IMG/VR virus record: IMGVR_UViG_3300025401_000648
Reading direction: 5' to 3' (one strand)
Length of the DNA stretch: 64,000 nucleotides
DNA from: a virus
Lineage: Duplodnaviria; Caudoviricetes
The notes beneath the pieces were generated by a model. It was not told where the DNA came from, ran no database searches, and worked only from the letters and a program-made list of their open reading frames with translations. Of the stretch, positions 29,372 through 39,181 are shown in pieces (position 1 is the first letter of the stretch; every line of letters starts with the position of its first letter). The translations under genes and the position numbers were made by a program.

Positions 29372-31528
29372 TTACTGTGTAATCGGGCTAAAATCAGGAT
29401 TCTTACCTGCCTTACGCAATATTGCTATAGCTTCTGCTTTTTTCTGATTACCAATATTGGACATCATGCCTATGGTTATATAGCCCAAGCCAGATGGATC
29501 AAAATATGGAGCATTTGGTGTATAGTTCCATGGTTCAAAAGTTTTAGAAACTAAAATTGTATTAACATCCAATGTGTGAGCCCTGGCTGGAATGAATATT
29601 GTAGAATAAACATGCCCTATTGAAGGACTAGGAATCTTTGGATCTGGCCAGTGCCATAAATCATGGAAATATCTATAGACATAGTCCATTTGCTGTACAC
29701 GACTTAGTTGTGCTAATTGTCCAGTAGTAGTCCCTAAGCTCGCAGCCGTAGATGATATAAATTGAATTAAACCAGTAGCACTACTACGAGGATTCTTAAT
29801 TGAAGGATCCATTGTATAAGCAGTTTCAGAAAGCATACAGGCAATTAAATCAATAGGTTGGAACGTCAATGATCGAGCCACTTGAGTAACCTTTGCAAGG
29901 AAGGCATCATCCATGGCCCAAGGGGTATATGCCCCGCGAACTGTGCCTCGATCTGATGTAGGACCTGCTTTTCCTTGAAACGGTTGACTAGCTGATTGAA
30001 CACTAGTAGATCCGCTTGATGCTGTAATGTTTGAATCAGTATAGTTAAAAGAAAATAACGCAGGGTTATTATTTTCATGACCGTCCCATGGTTCATGACT
30101 TGGTACTCGTTGCATAATAGATTGAATACCATCAGATTTGTAATGAGACCCAGCCCATGTGCTGGCTGTTGAGTTAGCAGTTACGCTGAATAAATTTAGT
30201 AGAGCAGGAGTTGTTGGGTTAGCTGCAGTAGGCGGTGTGGCTTTTGGCCCATTCTGATTGATTACCCCAGCAGTCATTGTGATTGAAGATTTACCAGTCA
30301 TAGACAAATCACTGCCTGCCCCAAGAGCAAGTAGTCCGTTTGATTTTAAACTTAGATTTCCGCTGGCTGTATGATTTGATACACCTCCAACAGATGTATT
30401 ATAATCTTTGGCCACTGTTAGATTAAATCCACCAACAGCTTGGATGTACATGTCATTGCCAATTATATTAGAACTACCTTGGGCGCTGAGTGTGACGTTA
30501 CCGCCAGCTTGTCCAAAAGAAGATCCCAGAGCCGCTATGTTAACGTTTCTGCCAGCTTCTAAATTTACATCTCGATCAGCTCGGAAATTAAAATCTCCTT
30601 GTGAATGAATACTAATACTATCAGCGGCATAGATATCAATTTTTCCAGCACTGGTGAATTCCATCCATGCGGTGCCTTTACTGTTGGCTATGTAGATTAG
30701 ATCTTCTGAATTATGTAATAATATTTGATGCCCAGTTCTAGTTCTGATACGAACCAGTTCGTTGTTACCATTTAGGTCACCGTCATCCATAACAAATGTT
30801 GTACCGCCTAGTCGACTCACCGGAGCCATGACACCTTTACCAAAGGAAATATCTCCTCGCTGTGCGCCATTACTGGTATCTAACGGTCCAGGCGTACTTA
30901 TACCAAATACTTGACTAGGTACTTCTCTACGTGCGCCACTTGATGTAATACCCCTAACAGTATCTGCTAATAATCCTTGTTCTAACAATCTATAGGCAAA
31001 GGGGTGAAGTGGTCTTCCTACTGAATCTGGGTTAGGTACTTTTCCGTTATAAACTTTTTTATTATATTCTGCTACTGGCAAACTTGTTATATCTGATCCA
31101 AATTTACTGCGTTGTGCTGGCGTAAGTTCAACATGTGAACTGGCTGCAATACCTGGTACCATGTGATTTTCAAACTTATCTTCACTTGGTACACACCCTA
31201 TCCAATAGCCTTGATCAGTCTGCCCATTAATGAATATAACCATGACCTTGCTGCCAATATCTGGCGGTATCATCCACATTCCATAGGATTTTTGTGTATG
31301 ATTGAAATTAGCACTGTCGTTGCCAAGGAAACGAGCCGATGTCACTCCATAAAAAGGAGACATATATTGAACAGGCAATGCGTTTGATGGATCATTCACA
31401 AAACCTGGGACATCGGTTGTTAATACAACTTTTAATGCTCCCATAAAAGATGTATCTAGGTGATTTACTACCTCGGCAATGTAAGGGCCCGGACTAGGTA
31501 AACTTTTCGTCTGTTTATCTACTGACAT
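29372..31528 (-). CDS. Baseplate central spike (gp5/VgrG-like) with C-terminal lysozyme/SLT-like domain
   Basis: OB-fold-like N-terminus (MWMIPPDIGSKVMVIF..G....GYWIGC); RIRTRTGHQILLH and beta-helix repeats; C-terminal MLSET...SSATGLIQF. Confidence 0.8.
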   Translation of the reverse strand: MSVDKQTKSLPSPGPYIAEVVNHLDTSFMGALKVVLTTDVPGFVNDPSNALPVQYMSPFYGVTSARFLGNDSANFNHTQKSYGMWMIPPDIGSKVMVIFINGQTDQGYWIGCVPSEDKFENHMVPGIAASSHVELTPAQRSKFGSDITSLPVAEYNKKVYNGKVPNPDSVGRPLHPFAYRLLEQGLLADTVRGITSSGARREVPSQVFGISTPGPLDTSNGAQRGDISFGKGVMAPVSRLGGTTFVMDDGDLNGNNELVRIRTRTGHQILLHNSEDLIYIANSKGTAWMEFTSAGKIDIYAADSISIHSQGDFNFRADRDVNLEAGRNVNIAALGSSFGQAGGNVTLSAQGSSNIIGNDMYIQAVGGFNLTVAKDYNTSVGGVSNHTASGNLSLKSNGLLALGAGSDLSMTGKSSITMTAGVINQNGPKATPPTAANPTTPALLNLFSVTANSTASTWAGSHYKSDGIQSIMQRVPSHEPWDGHENNNPALFSFNYTDSNITASSGSTSVQSASQPFQGKAGPTSDRGTVRGAYTPWAMDDAFLAKVTQVARSLTFQPIDLIACMLSETAYTMDPSIKNPRSSATGLIQFISSTAASLGTTTGQLAQLSRVQQMDYVYRYFHDLWHWPDPKIPSPSIGHVYSTIFIPARAHTLDVNTILVSKTFEPWNYTPNAPYFDPSGLGYITIGMMSNIGNQKKAEAIAILRKAGKNPDFSPITQ

Positions 31529-31540
31529 GTTAGATCCTTA

Positions 31541-33886
31541 TCATTTGTTTACAATTTTGGTAACCGGCGATTGTGCCTGTTGAGCCAGCTGTTTAGAATA
31601 TGCTTCAGCATTTGCCCTTACCTGATCCAGAATTATCGTTCTGGCATTAGGATCAAGTCCTGGCGTATTTGCCTTTTGAGTAAGGAACCGCTGTGTTTCA
31701 GAATATGACTGGGCTGTCTGTGTCGCAGGCTGTGTAGCAGTTTTATTAGCATCCTGAGATAATTGGGCTTCTGGATTAGGTTTATTAACAAACCCTTCAG
31801 GTTCTGTTCCCGATTTGACTGGATTGACACCTGTAGTATCTGTCTGTGGCGGACGTCTTATACCCATTCTCTGTTTGAAAACCCCATTTTTAAAACTACT
31901 TACTAGTATTGTTGGCACATATACTCCACTGAAAGGAACTTGCTCTGGTATAAAAATAGCCATACCACCATCACCTGTTGTGGTTACTGCTTGAAAATCT
32001 GTGGGATTTTTAAAATTAATCTGTATGTATATGTCACCGTATTCTTTATTTGCTGAACCGTCGCTGTTAGAGATAGTTGGATTATTAGGATCAGGTGGCG
32101 AATAATAATTTCCCATACCGTTGGCAGACAAATAAAACGGATCCCCTATAATTTCAATTTCACCAACCCATAGTGATCCTGATCTTGAATTAATGACAGC
32201 ATGATGCATGGCTTTGGCCAAAACCCAGTAAGGGTCATCCTGGCGCAGACCGGCTTGTACTCCGGAATCTCCATTAGTATACTTGGCATCGCCGCGCTGA
32301 CCTGTTTGAGGGATACTACTTGATTTTCCAGAATTGATATCTTTAGTCGGCGCTTGTGGGTTAACAGCATTGTCCTGTGATCCAGTAACTGCTGCCGGAA
32401 CCTTGTCATTATTGCCCATGGCATTGGGCACACCTTCAAAATACAAAACATTTATTGTAAGTTTGAAACTTAATAAATGAGAATTATTCCCCATATACAA
32501 ATAGTCATAGATCCTAGATAATCTAGATTCTAATCCAGTTACATCTATATTTTCGTCAGTGTGTCCAGGCAATTTTGTAATAGATATTTTTCGTGGTGTA
32601 ATAATGTACTTAAAATTTCTATAGGGCAATTTTGTTTGATCATTTATTTTATCTTGATTGGTTATTTGAACACTCAAATAAAAATAATCAACTTCGCCTG
32701 CTGAATCTGGTTTTGGTGATTTTAACAAGTCTCTAGTATAATTGCTGTCCCGTATTACTGATGTGATAATATCGGTGATGTTAGTCCCAGCACCAAAAGA
32801 CGCAACCGCAGTACCACTGGGATTTAATCTAATAACTGAATCTGAAGATGATTCCCCCGGTGGGGTGGCGCCATCAACGTGGTAAGCATTGGGCACTGAG
32901 TTAGAACCAGGCTCAGCAAATCCAAAAGTTTTATTGTCTTTTAAATTAGTGGCAAAATCTTTATTTGCTATTGCATTATTAGAAGCCGCAGTAGTACCAC
33001 TTAATGTTTGACCACCCAAAGATTTTGGAAACTCTATAGTATAAGTGTCATGCCCTTCAACAGTTTGTTTACCAGCTGCATCCGCAGAAGCACGTTGTTG
33101 CTGTATCTTTGTCATGATATCATTTAGTATCTCGCCAACAGTTGTACCTTCACCTTGAATTGGTTGACGTAGTTTATTATCAGTATCAGCATAGGCCATC
33201 TCATTGGACGGCATTGCGGCACATTTGTACATGGTACCACGCTCAGTTAATTCAACATCAATAAGAGTAAATCGTATTGTAAAATATCTTGTGGCTCCAG
33301 GTATCAACTCTGGTGCCGGAGGAGTGGAATCTTTTGATTTTAATGTATCAGGATATCCAAAAAATTGTAATTTTAAAATATAAGTAGCATTTGAATAAGC
33401 AACATAGCCAGCACCCACAGCGGCTACCTGAAGTGCTTCTAGAAAACCGTTAAGGCTATATGGTTCAATAACATCAAATCTAAAACCACTAGGTAGAGTT
33501 GTTTGATGTTTTTCATCGTAGGATAGAAAACTGTCTATTTCAACATTTTCTATATACATGTCAAACCTACCAGGGCTATTTTTATTGAAACTATCAATCA
33601 TCTGTTGACCTGTTGCGTCAGTTGATGCTGACGGGGCCATGCCCTTATTGCCTTTTCCACCAGACTTTAATACTGTAAAGTTTCTTATCGAAGCTTCAAA
33701 ATTTTGAATTGTTGGATTGGAAGGTACTGTTTTATCAAGCCCTGCTAGAGTCCAATTATAGGTATATGATTTATAGGAGTCTAAAATATTCGCGGGAACT
33801 TTTGGTAGTTTTTTGCCTGTTATTGTTACTGTTGGAGTAGTAGCGACATTGGCAGTGTTTCGGGTTATATTATTACCGTCTGCCAT
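31541..33886 (-). CDS. Probable baseplate hub protein (gp27/gpD-like position)
   Basis: Lies between gp53-like and gp5-like genes; EIEIIGDPFYL...FSGVY....VSSFKNGVFKQ C-terminal motif. Confidence 0.55.
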   Translation of the reverse strand: MADGNNITRNTANVATTPTVTITGKKLPKVPANILDSYKSYTYNWTLAGLDKTVPSNPTIQNFEASIRNFTVLKSGGKGNKGMAPSASTDATGQQMIDSFNKNSPGRFDMYIENVEIDSFLSYDEKHQTTLPSGFRFDVIEPYSLNGFLEALQVAAVGAGYVAYSNATYILKLQFFGYPDTLKSKDSTPPAPELIPGATRYFTIRFTLIDVELTERGTMYKCAAMPSNEMAYADTDNKLRQPIQGEGTTVGEILNDIMTKIQQQRASADAAGKQTVEGHDTYTIEFPKSLGGQTLSGTTAASNNAIANKDFATNLKDNKTFGFAEPGSNSVPNAYHVDGATPPGESSSDSVIRLNPSGTAVASFGAGTNITDIITSVIRDSNYTRDLLKSPKPDSAGEVDYFYLSVQITNQDKINDQTKLPYRNFKYIITPRKISITKLPGHTDENIDVTGLESRLSRIYDYLYMGNNSHLLSFKLTINVLYFEGVPNAMGNNDKVPAAVTGSQDNAVNPQAPTKDINSGKSSSIPQTGQRGDAKYTNGDSGVQAGLRQDDPYWVLAKAMHHAVINSRSGSLWVGEIEIIGDPFYLSANGMGNYYSPPDPNNPTISNSDGSANKEYGDIYIQINFKNPTDFQAVTTTGDGGMAIFIPEQVPFSGVYVPTILVSSFKNGVFKQRMGIRRPPQTDTTGVNPVKSGTEPEGFVNKPNPEAQLSQDANKTATQPATQTAQSYSETQRFLTQKANTPGLDPNARTIILDQVRANAEAYSKQLAQQAQSPVTKIVNK

Positions 33887-33887
33887 A

Positions 33888-34190
33888 TTAGAATCCTAAC
33901 GATTGTTTGAGTACTTTTAATTTAGGCAAATAAATTCGTATTCCTGTTACCATATCAAATACCGGATCTTCTATGATTGCTGGGTTACGCACAGCAAACA
34001 CCCACCAAAGACTAACTGTATTATAGAGATCATAAGATAGTAAATCGGGTCTATTTTGATATTTGCTCTCCAGCTCATACAATATGTCATCAGTCTCGAA
34101 AGGGAATGCCGTAGGTGTCCAAACATCAAGGTACCCTTTGGTTTGATCAGAATTATAATACGGACTTAGATTAGAATATGTTGTGCTCAT
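33888..34190 (-). CDS. gp53: Baseplate wedge subunit, gp53-like (LysM-like)
   Basis: YQNRPDLLSYDLY...LWWVFA.RNP motif. Confidence 0.8.
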   Translation of the reverse strand: MSTTYSNLSPYYNSDQTKGYLDVWTPTAFPFETDDILYELESKYQNRPDLLSYDLYNTVSLWWVFAVRNPAIIEDPVFDMVTGIRIYLPKLKVLKQSLGF

Positions 34191-34978
34191 TAAATAAATC
34201 CACTATTTTTGCTAAGGCTACTACCAGGAACTAGCCATTTATCAATACTAAAAGATGATATTTCTTGTCTACTATACATTGGAATACAAGTTATGGCTAT
34301 GGTTGAAAGTATAGGAACACTAGTTGGGTTCTTTCCAAAAGAAGAACCAGCATAAGCACCGTTGGGATTAGCCCCTGCTGTAAAGTAATCAACACTCTCA
34401 GGTAATTCCAATCTAAAACTGGTAATTGTTATTGGAACATTAGGGAACATATAAGCCCCGTAAGCATTAAGTCTACAAACTGGTGGCGGTGATCCCGCAA
34501 ACGGATCATTTCCCCATTGCATTTTTGTCAATGCTCGTAATAACTGTACTGTGGAAATATATGCGGCAGCATCTGATTCATTCTGAACCGTGAATTTTCC
34601 CTGTATGCTAATTGTGCCAACTGAACTATGTTTATAAAAATATTGATTAAAATTAGAATGTGTGGGGTTTATTGTTTCGTAGTCTGCTTTATTTTCAACT
34701 GAAATTGTTGGAGTATATGGAAAAATTATACCCTTAATGGATTTGTCTGACCCCAGTTCACCATTTAATCCTGTGTAACTGGTTAGGTATGCTTTAGGAA
34801 CTTTAATTATAACCCGTGTGTCAACAGCCGTGGAATTTCCTTGAAGATTATAAAAATTTACCTCTGGGCCTGCTGGAGATGGAGGCTGTGCCCCGCCACC
34901 TTTCTTAAATGCTTTGGTCAGCACTGAAGCGGCTACTCCTGTGGCCGCTATTCCAGCTAGATCTCCAAGTAAACTCAT
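34190..34978 (-). CDS. Tail tube initiator/baseplate cap-like protein (gp48/gp54-like)
   Basis: IIFPYTPTI...HSN...PPPVCRLNAYG..MF.NVP..I.SF..ELP..VDY; first gene of the baseplate operon. Confidence 0.55.
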   Translation of the reverse strand: MSLLGDLAGIAATGVAASVLTKAFKKGGGAQPPSPAGPEVNFYNLQGNSTAVDTRVIIKVPKAYLTSYTGLNGELGSDKSIKGIIFPYTPTISVENKADYETINPTHSNFNQYFYKHSSVGTISIQGKFTVQNESDAAAYISTVQLLRALTKMQWGNDPFAGSPPPVCRLNAYGAYMFPNVPITITSFRLELPESVDYFTAGANPNGAYAGSSFGKNPTSVPILSTIAITCIPMYSRQEISSFSIDKWLVPGSSLSKNSGFI

Positions 34979-34996
34979 AGTTGTTTCCTTTTATAC

Positions 34997-35002
34997 TATT
35001 TA
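34997..35002 (-). promoter_or_regulatory. Putative late promoter (TAAATA) heading the baseplate operon
   Basis: Motif 18 nt upstream of the first operon ATG, followed by SD AAGGA. Confidence 0.65.
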
Positions 35003-35035
35003 ACCTTAAATAATGTGCTAATATAATTAGTTTGG

Positions 35036-35063
35036 TTGACAACCAAAAAATATGTGCTATACT
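35036..35063 (+). promoter_or_regulatory. Sigma70-type promoter for the gp55-like gene
   Basis: TTGACA (35036-41), 16 nt, then TATACT (35058-63) preceded by an extended -10 TG. Confidence 0.8.
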
Positions 35064-35069
35064 TTGTGA

Positions 35070-35075
35070 TAAATA
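35070..35075 (+). promoter_or_regulatory. Putative late promoter (TAAATA) upstream of the gp55-like gene
   Basis: Motif between the sigma70 -10 and SD AAGGA. Confidence 0.45.
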
Positions 35076-35093
35076 AAGGATAATAACAATAAC

Positions 35094-36008
35094 ATGACTA
35101 CAACTTTTTCTCCTAGAAAGGTAAAATACCTTAATAATAAAGATTTATTAGCAGAAATCCATCGTAGCAAATGCTCGTTCTCAAGTTTTACTCAACCAGA
35201 ATATCAACAGTATGATATTATTTTGCCTAGTCTTAGCAAAGTAAACATACGGACTATTGCTGAAGCTAAAAGAGCACAGGCCAAGAGAATTGGCATTGCC
35301 GCATTTGCCGCCGCTAGAGCTTCAGGCGATAAAAAAGTAAAACTAGCAGACTGTACGCCCGACTATACCACTATCGCAAAAACAGATGTCATTATTAGAA
35401 TCATGACATTTGATCATATCCCGTTGGCACCTGGACGTAAAAAGACTGTTAAAAACACTTCAGATGGACATGATAAGGTAAATTTTCCACCATTTCAGCA
35501 CTGGAAATTCAATGATCAAAACGAATTAATATGTGTAGGCAAAAGTCATTGGAAAGGACCTGTTGATAGTGGACACTTTAGCAAAGATCACGGACGTATC
35601 ACAGAAAATTTAGGCAAGATGTTTATCAAACTAAGTGAACGGTATGCCCAACGTAGTAACTGGCGTGGTTACACCTACGTTGATGAAATGAAGGGACAGG
35701 CTATCCTACAACTAAGTCATATTGGACTACAGTTTGATGAAAGTAAATCAGAGAATCCATTTGCCTACTACACAGCGGCTGTTACGAATAGCTTTACTCG
35801 TATTTTAAATATTGAGAAGAAGAGCCAAAACATTCGCGATGACTTGCTGGAAGAAGCAGGGTTAACACCTAGTATGACCAGACAAAACAGTCAGGAGTAC
35901 GCAGGCGAAATTGCTCGACAGGCAGAACTATACAAAAATATGCGTATGCCCAAGAGTGAAGATGAAGTTCCAGAAGAAGATACAGAAAACGAAGATATTA
36001 CTCCTTGA
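35094..36008 (+). CDS. gp55: Late-transcription sigma factor, T4 gp55-like, with a large N-terminal insertion
   Basis: YLNNKDLL N-terminus; RSNWRGYTYVDEM...FDESKSENPFAYYT...F.RIL..EKK; TAAATA motifs before structural genes. Confidence 0.85.
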   Translation: MTTTFSPRKVKYLNNKDLLAEIHRSKCSFSSFTQPEYQQYDIILPSLSKVNIRTIAEAKRAQAKRIGIAAFAAARASGDKKVKLADCTPDYTTIAKTDVIIRIMTFDHIPLAPGRKKTVKNTSDGHDKVNFPPFQHWKFNDQNELICVGKSHWKGPVDSGHFSKDHGRITENLGKMFIKLSERYAQRSNWRGYTYVDEMKGQAILQLSHIGLQFDESKSENPFAYYTAAVTNSFTRILNIEKKSQNIRDDLLEEAGLTPSMTRQNSQEYAGEIARQAELYKNMRMPKSEDEVPEEDTENEDITP

Positions 36009-36033
36009 TCTATAGCAATACATCTGCTATACT
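36005..36033 (+). promoter_or_regulatory. Sigma70-type promoter for the gp47-gp46 operon
   Basis: TTGATC (36005-10), 17 nt, then TATACT; shares the 11-mer TGCTATACTTT with the 35055 promoter. Confidence 0.75.
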
Positions 36034-36055
36034 TTATTAGGGAGAATTATAACTT

Positions 36056-37069
36056 ATGAACCTATTTAAAAAGGTTGCGTGTTTTACTGATATCCATTTT
36101 GGATTAAAATCAAATTCAATAACACACTTAAATGATTGTGAAGAATTTGTAGACTGGTTTATTTCAAACGCCAAGGAGCAAGGGTGTGAAACTTGCATAT
36201 TCCTTGGCGATTGGAGTCATAATAGAAACAGTTTAAATCTATATACGTTGAATTCCAGCCTAAGATGCTTGGAAAAACTGGGTGCGGCTTTTGAAAAGTT
36301 TTACTGGTTTCCCGGCAACCACGATTTGTTTTACAAAGACAAGCGAGATATCCATTCATCGGCGTTTGGTCGCCACATTCCAGGAGTTACTGTCGTAGAT
36401 AGTATAACAACTCTTGATGGTGTCACCCTAGTCCCGTGGCTTGTTGGGGATGAATGGAAGTCTATGAAGGACATTAAGAGCAAATACGTCTTTGGTCACT
36501 TTGAACTTCCTAAGTTTTTTATGAATGCCATGGTACAGATGCCCGACCACGGCGAGCTACATGCGGAAGATTTTAACGGACCAGACTATATTTTCTCTGG
36601 ACATTTTCATAAACGGCAGACTAATCAAAAGGTAATTTACATTGGCAATGCTTTCCCGCATAACTTTGCCGATGCGTGGGATGATGAACGAGGTATGATG
36701 ACATTAGAATGGGGTGGTGAACCACAATTTATCAATTGGGATAACTGTCCTAAATATAGATCATTGAACCTAAGTACCTTATTAAACGATACCGAAAATA
36801 TAATGAAGTCTAAAATGCACTTGAAGGTGAATTTAGACATCAATATTAGTTTTGAAGAAGCTAATTTCTTAAAAGAAGAATTTTCAAAGACCTACGATAT
36901 TAGAGAAATTGGGCTAGTACAAGATAAAACTAATCTAGAAGGTGTGGTAGAAGAAAATCCTGAAGGAAAGTTTGAAAGCGTTGATCAAATTGTAACAGAC
37001 GGTTTGGTCAATATTGAAAGCGAACAATTTGATAAGAATACATTACTACAAATCTACAACGATCTATGA
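36056..37069 (+). CDS. gp47: Recombination endonuclease subunit (gp47/Mre11/SbcD metallophosphoesterase)
   Basis: DIHFG, LGDW, PGNHD, GHFE, SGHFH phosphoesterase motifs. Confidence 0.93.
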   Translation: MNLFKKVACFTDIHFGLKSNSITHLNDCEEFVDWFISNAKEQGCETCIFLGDWSHNRNSLNLYTLNSSLRCLEKLGAAFEKFYWFPGNHDLFYKDKRDIHSSAFGRHIPGVTVVDSITTLDGVTLVPWLVGDEWKSMKDIKSKYVFGHFELPKFFMNAMVQMPDHGELHAEDFNGPDYIFSGHFHKRQTNQKVIYIGNAFPHNFADAWDDERGMMTLEWGGEPQFINWDNCPKYRSLNLSTLLNDTENIMKSKMHLKVNLDINISFEEANFLKEEFSKTYDIREIGLVQDKTNLEGVVEENPEGKFESVDQIVTDGLVNIESEQFDKNTLLQIYNDL

Positions 37070-38850
37070 CATTTAAAATAAACAGCCTAACAGTAAAAAA
37101 CTTCATGAGTGTGGGTAGTCAAACCCAAGCAGTGGATTTTACTGATCAAAATCTAACATTGGTACTAGGTTCAAATCTAGACCTTGGCGGAGATGATACT
37201 GGGTCACGTAATGGCACAGGTAAAACTACCATCATTAATGCTTTGAGCTATGCTTTATATGGGCAGGCACTTACCAATATCAAAAAAGAAAACTTAATCA
37301 ACAAGATCAACGGCAAAAACATGTTGGTCACTGTTGAATTTGAAAAAGCAGGCAACAAATACCGCATTGAGCGTGGCAGAAAGCCCAATGTACTCAGACT
37401 CTATGTCAACGATGATCAAATAAAAACAGAAGATGTTGACGATGATGCTCAGGGTGACAGTAGAGATACCCAGCGATCTATTGAACAAATGCTGGAAATG
37501 TCGCACACCATGTTCAAACATTTGCTGGCGTTGAACACATATACTGAACCATTCCTAAGTATGAGAGCGGCAGATCAGCGAGAAGTCATTGAACAGTTGC
37601 TAGGTATCACACTATTAAGTGAAAAGGCAGAACTACTCAAAGCCGCAATCAAGGATACCAAGGACGCTGTCCTAGAAGAAACTGCTAGGATTGAAGCAAT
37701 TAAAATTGCCAATGAGAATGTTCAAAAAAGTATCAGTTCATTAGAACTAAAAAGTCAAGCATGGGAAAATAAAAAAGAACAAGACCTCACATCCTTGGTC
37801 AAGAACATACATGACTTAACTGAAGTCAACATTGATGAAGAATTAGACCTACATGCTCAATTGAAGGTATGGGAAGATAACAACAGCAAGATTGCCAGCC
37901 TACAAAAACAAAGAGCAACATTAGAAAATGCTGTAACACAGGCCGACAAAACTTTATCTAAGTATAATAAAGAATTAGAAAAGTTAGAAAGTAAACAATG
38001 CCCAGCATGTGAACAGGACCTTCATGATCATAAACATGAAGAAATGACTGCGCTCGTCAATAAGAATATGGTAGATGCCTATAGCTATCTAGAAAAAGTT
38101 TCAGCTGACTATGAAAAGATTGTATCTGAAATTAAAGATATTGGTGAACAGCCCAAACGTCCAAACACATTCTATGACACAGAAGCAGAAGCGCTGGGAC
38201 ATAAAAATAATTTAGATAGTTTAGAGCGACGATTAACCGAGCGAGCAGATGAAATCAACCCTTATGCCGAACAGGTAGACGAGTTGAAGAAAAGTGCCTT
38301 ACAGGAAATCAATTGGGATATTGTTAATGAACTCAATAAACACAAAGAACATCAAGAGTTTTTGTTAAAATTGCTGACCAGTAAGGACAGTTTCATTCGT
38401 AAGAAGATCATCGATCAAAATTTAAGTTACCTAAACAAGAGGTTGAGTCATTACATTGACAAATTAGGGTTACCGCATCAGGTAATATTCCAAAACGACC
38501 TAAATGTTGAAATTACACAGCTGGGTCAAGATTTAGATTTTGATAACCTAAGTCGAGGTGAACGTAATCGACTTATTTTATCGATGAGTTTTGCCTTTAG
38601 AGATGTTTGGGAAGGACTGTATCAAAGTGTTAATTTATTATTCATTGACGAATTAATTGATGCTGGTATGGATAGTGCCGGGGTTGAAAGTGCGTTGGCT
38701 GTGCTTAAAAAGATGGCAAGGGAGAGAGATAAGAACATTTATCTTATATCTCACAAGGATGAATTAATGGGACGTGTAAATAACGTGCTACGGGTGGTTA
38801 AGGAAAATGGATTCACAAGTTACTCAAACAGCGCAGACATTGTTGGATAA
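37066..38850 (+). CDS. gp46: Recombination ATPase subunit (gp46/Rad50/SbcC)
   Basis: Walker A GTGKTT, coiled coil with CPAC zinc hook, LSRGE signature, LFIDE Walker B, ISHK; ATGA overlap with gp47. Confidence 0.95.
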   Translation: MTFKINSLTVKNFMSVGSQTQAVDFTDQNLTLVLGSNLDLGGDDTGSRNGTGKTTIINALSYALYGQALTNIKKENLINKINGKNMLVTVEFEKAGNKYRIERGRKPNVLRLYVNDDQIKTEDVDDDAQGDSRDTQRSIEQMLEMSHTMFKHLLALNTYTEPFLSMRAADQREVIEQLLGITLLSEKAELLKAAIKDTKDAVLEETARIEAIKIANENVQKSISSLELKSQAWENKKEQDLTSLVKNIHDLTEVNIDEELDLHAQLKVWEDNNSKIASLQKQRATLENAVTQADKTLSKYNKELEKLESKQCPACEQDLHDHKHEEMTALVNKNMVDAYSYLEKVSADYEKIVSEIKDIGEQPKRPNTFYDTEAEALGHKNNLDSLERRLTERADEINPYAEQVDELKKSALQEINWDIVNELNKHKEHQEFLLKLLTSKDSFIRKKIIDQNLSYLNKRLSHYIDKLGLPHQVIFQNDLNVEITQLGQDLDFDNLSRGERNRLILSMSFAFRDVWEGLYQSVNLLFIDELIDAGMDSAGVESALAVLKKMARERDKNIYLISHKDELMGRVNNVLRVVKENGFTSYSNSADIVG

Positions 38851-38851
38851 T

Positions 38852-39181
38852 ATGGTGGCCGAATATAAGGCCCTGTACTCAGAATATGTGTCGCATTTGG
38901 CCAATGTGCATAATTACCATTATGACTTCCTAGAAAAGAATTATACTTTGGATACTGGGCGGCAAGTTCGTGTCAGTCTCCAAAAAATGATGAATTATGA
39001 ACGGCGACTCATACAACTGTCGTTACACATATATAGGATGAATAATCAAAACCTAAAAGAGATTCGTAGAGCTAATAAAAAAGGGTTTACTAAAACAGTC
39101 AAGGCTGGGCCAGGAAGACCTAAAAAAATAAAAACAAACAATGTGGACATACCAGGATCAAATAGTGGCGGAGTTACCTGA
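38852..39181 (+). CDS. Small basic protein with AT-hook-like GPGRPKK motif
   Basis: ATG 1 nt after the gp46 stop (the ORF track start 38807 overlaps gp46); Lys/Arg-rich C-terminus. Confidence 0.7.
   Translation: MVAEYKALYSEYVSHLANVHNYHYDFLEKNYTLDTGRQVRVSLQKMMNYERRLIQLSLHIYRMNNQNLKEIRRANKKGFTKTVKAGPGRPKKIKTNNVDIPGSNSGGVT

Noticed and set aside
38807-38851. ORF-track starts at 38807, 12542 and 46252
   Set aside because: The first two overlap the upstream gene and 46252 is a TTG 1 nt after the promoter motif. Starts at 38852, 12527 and 46258 fit the spacing and signals better.
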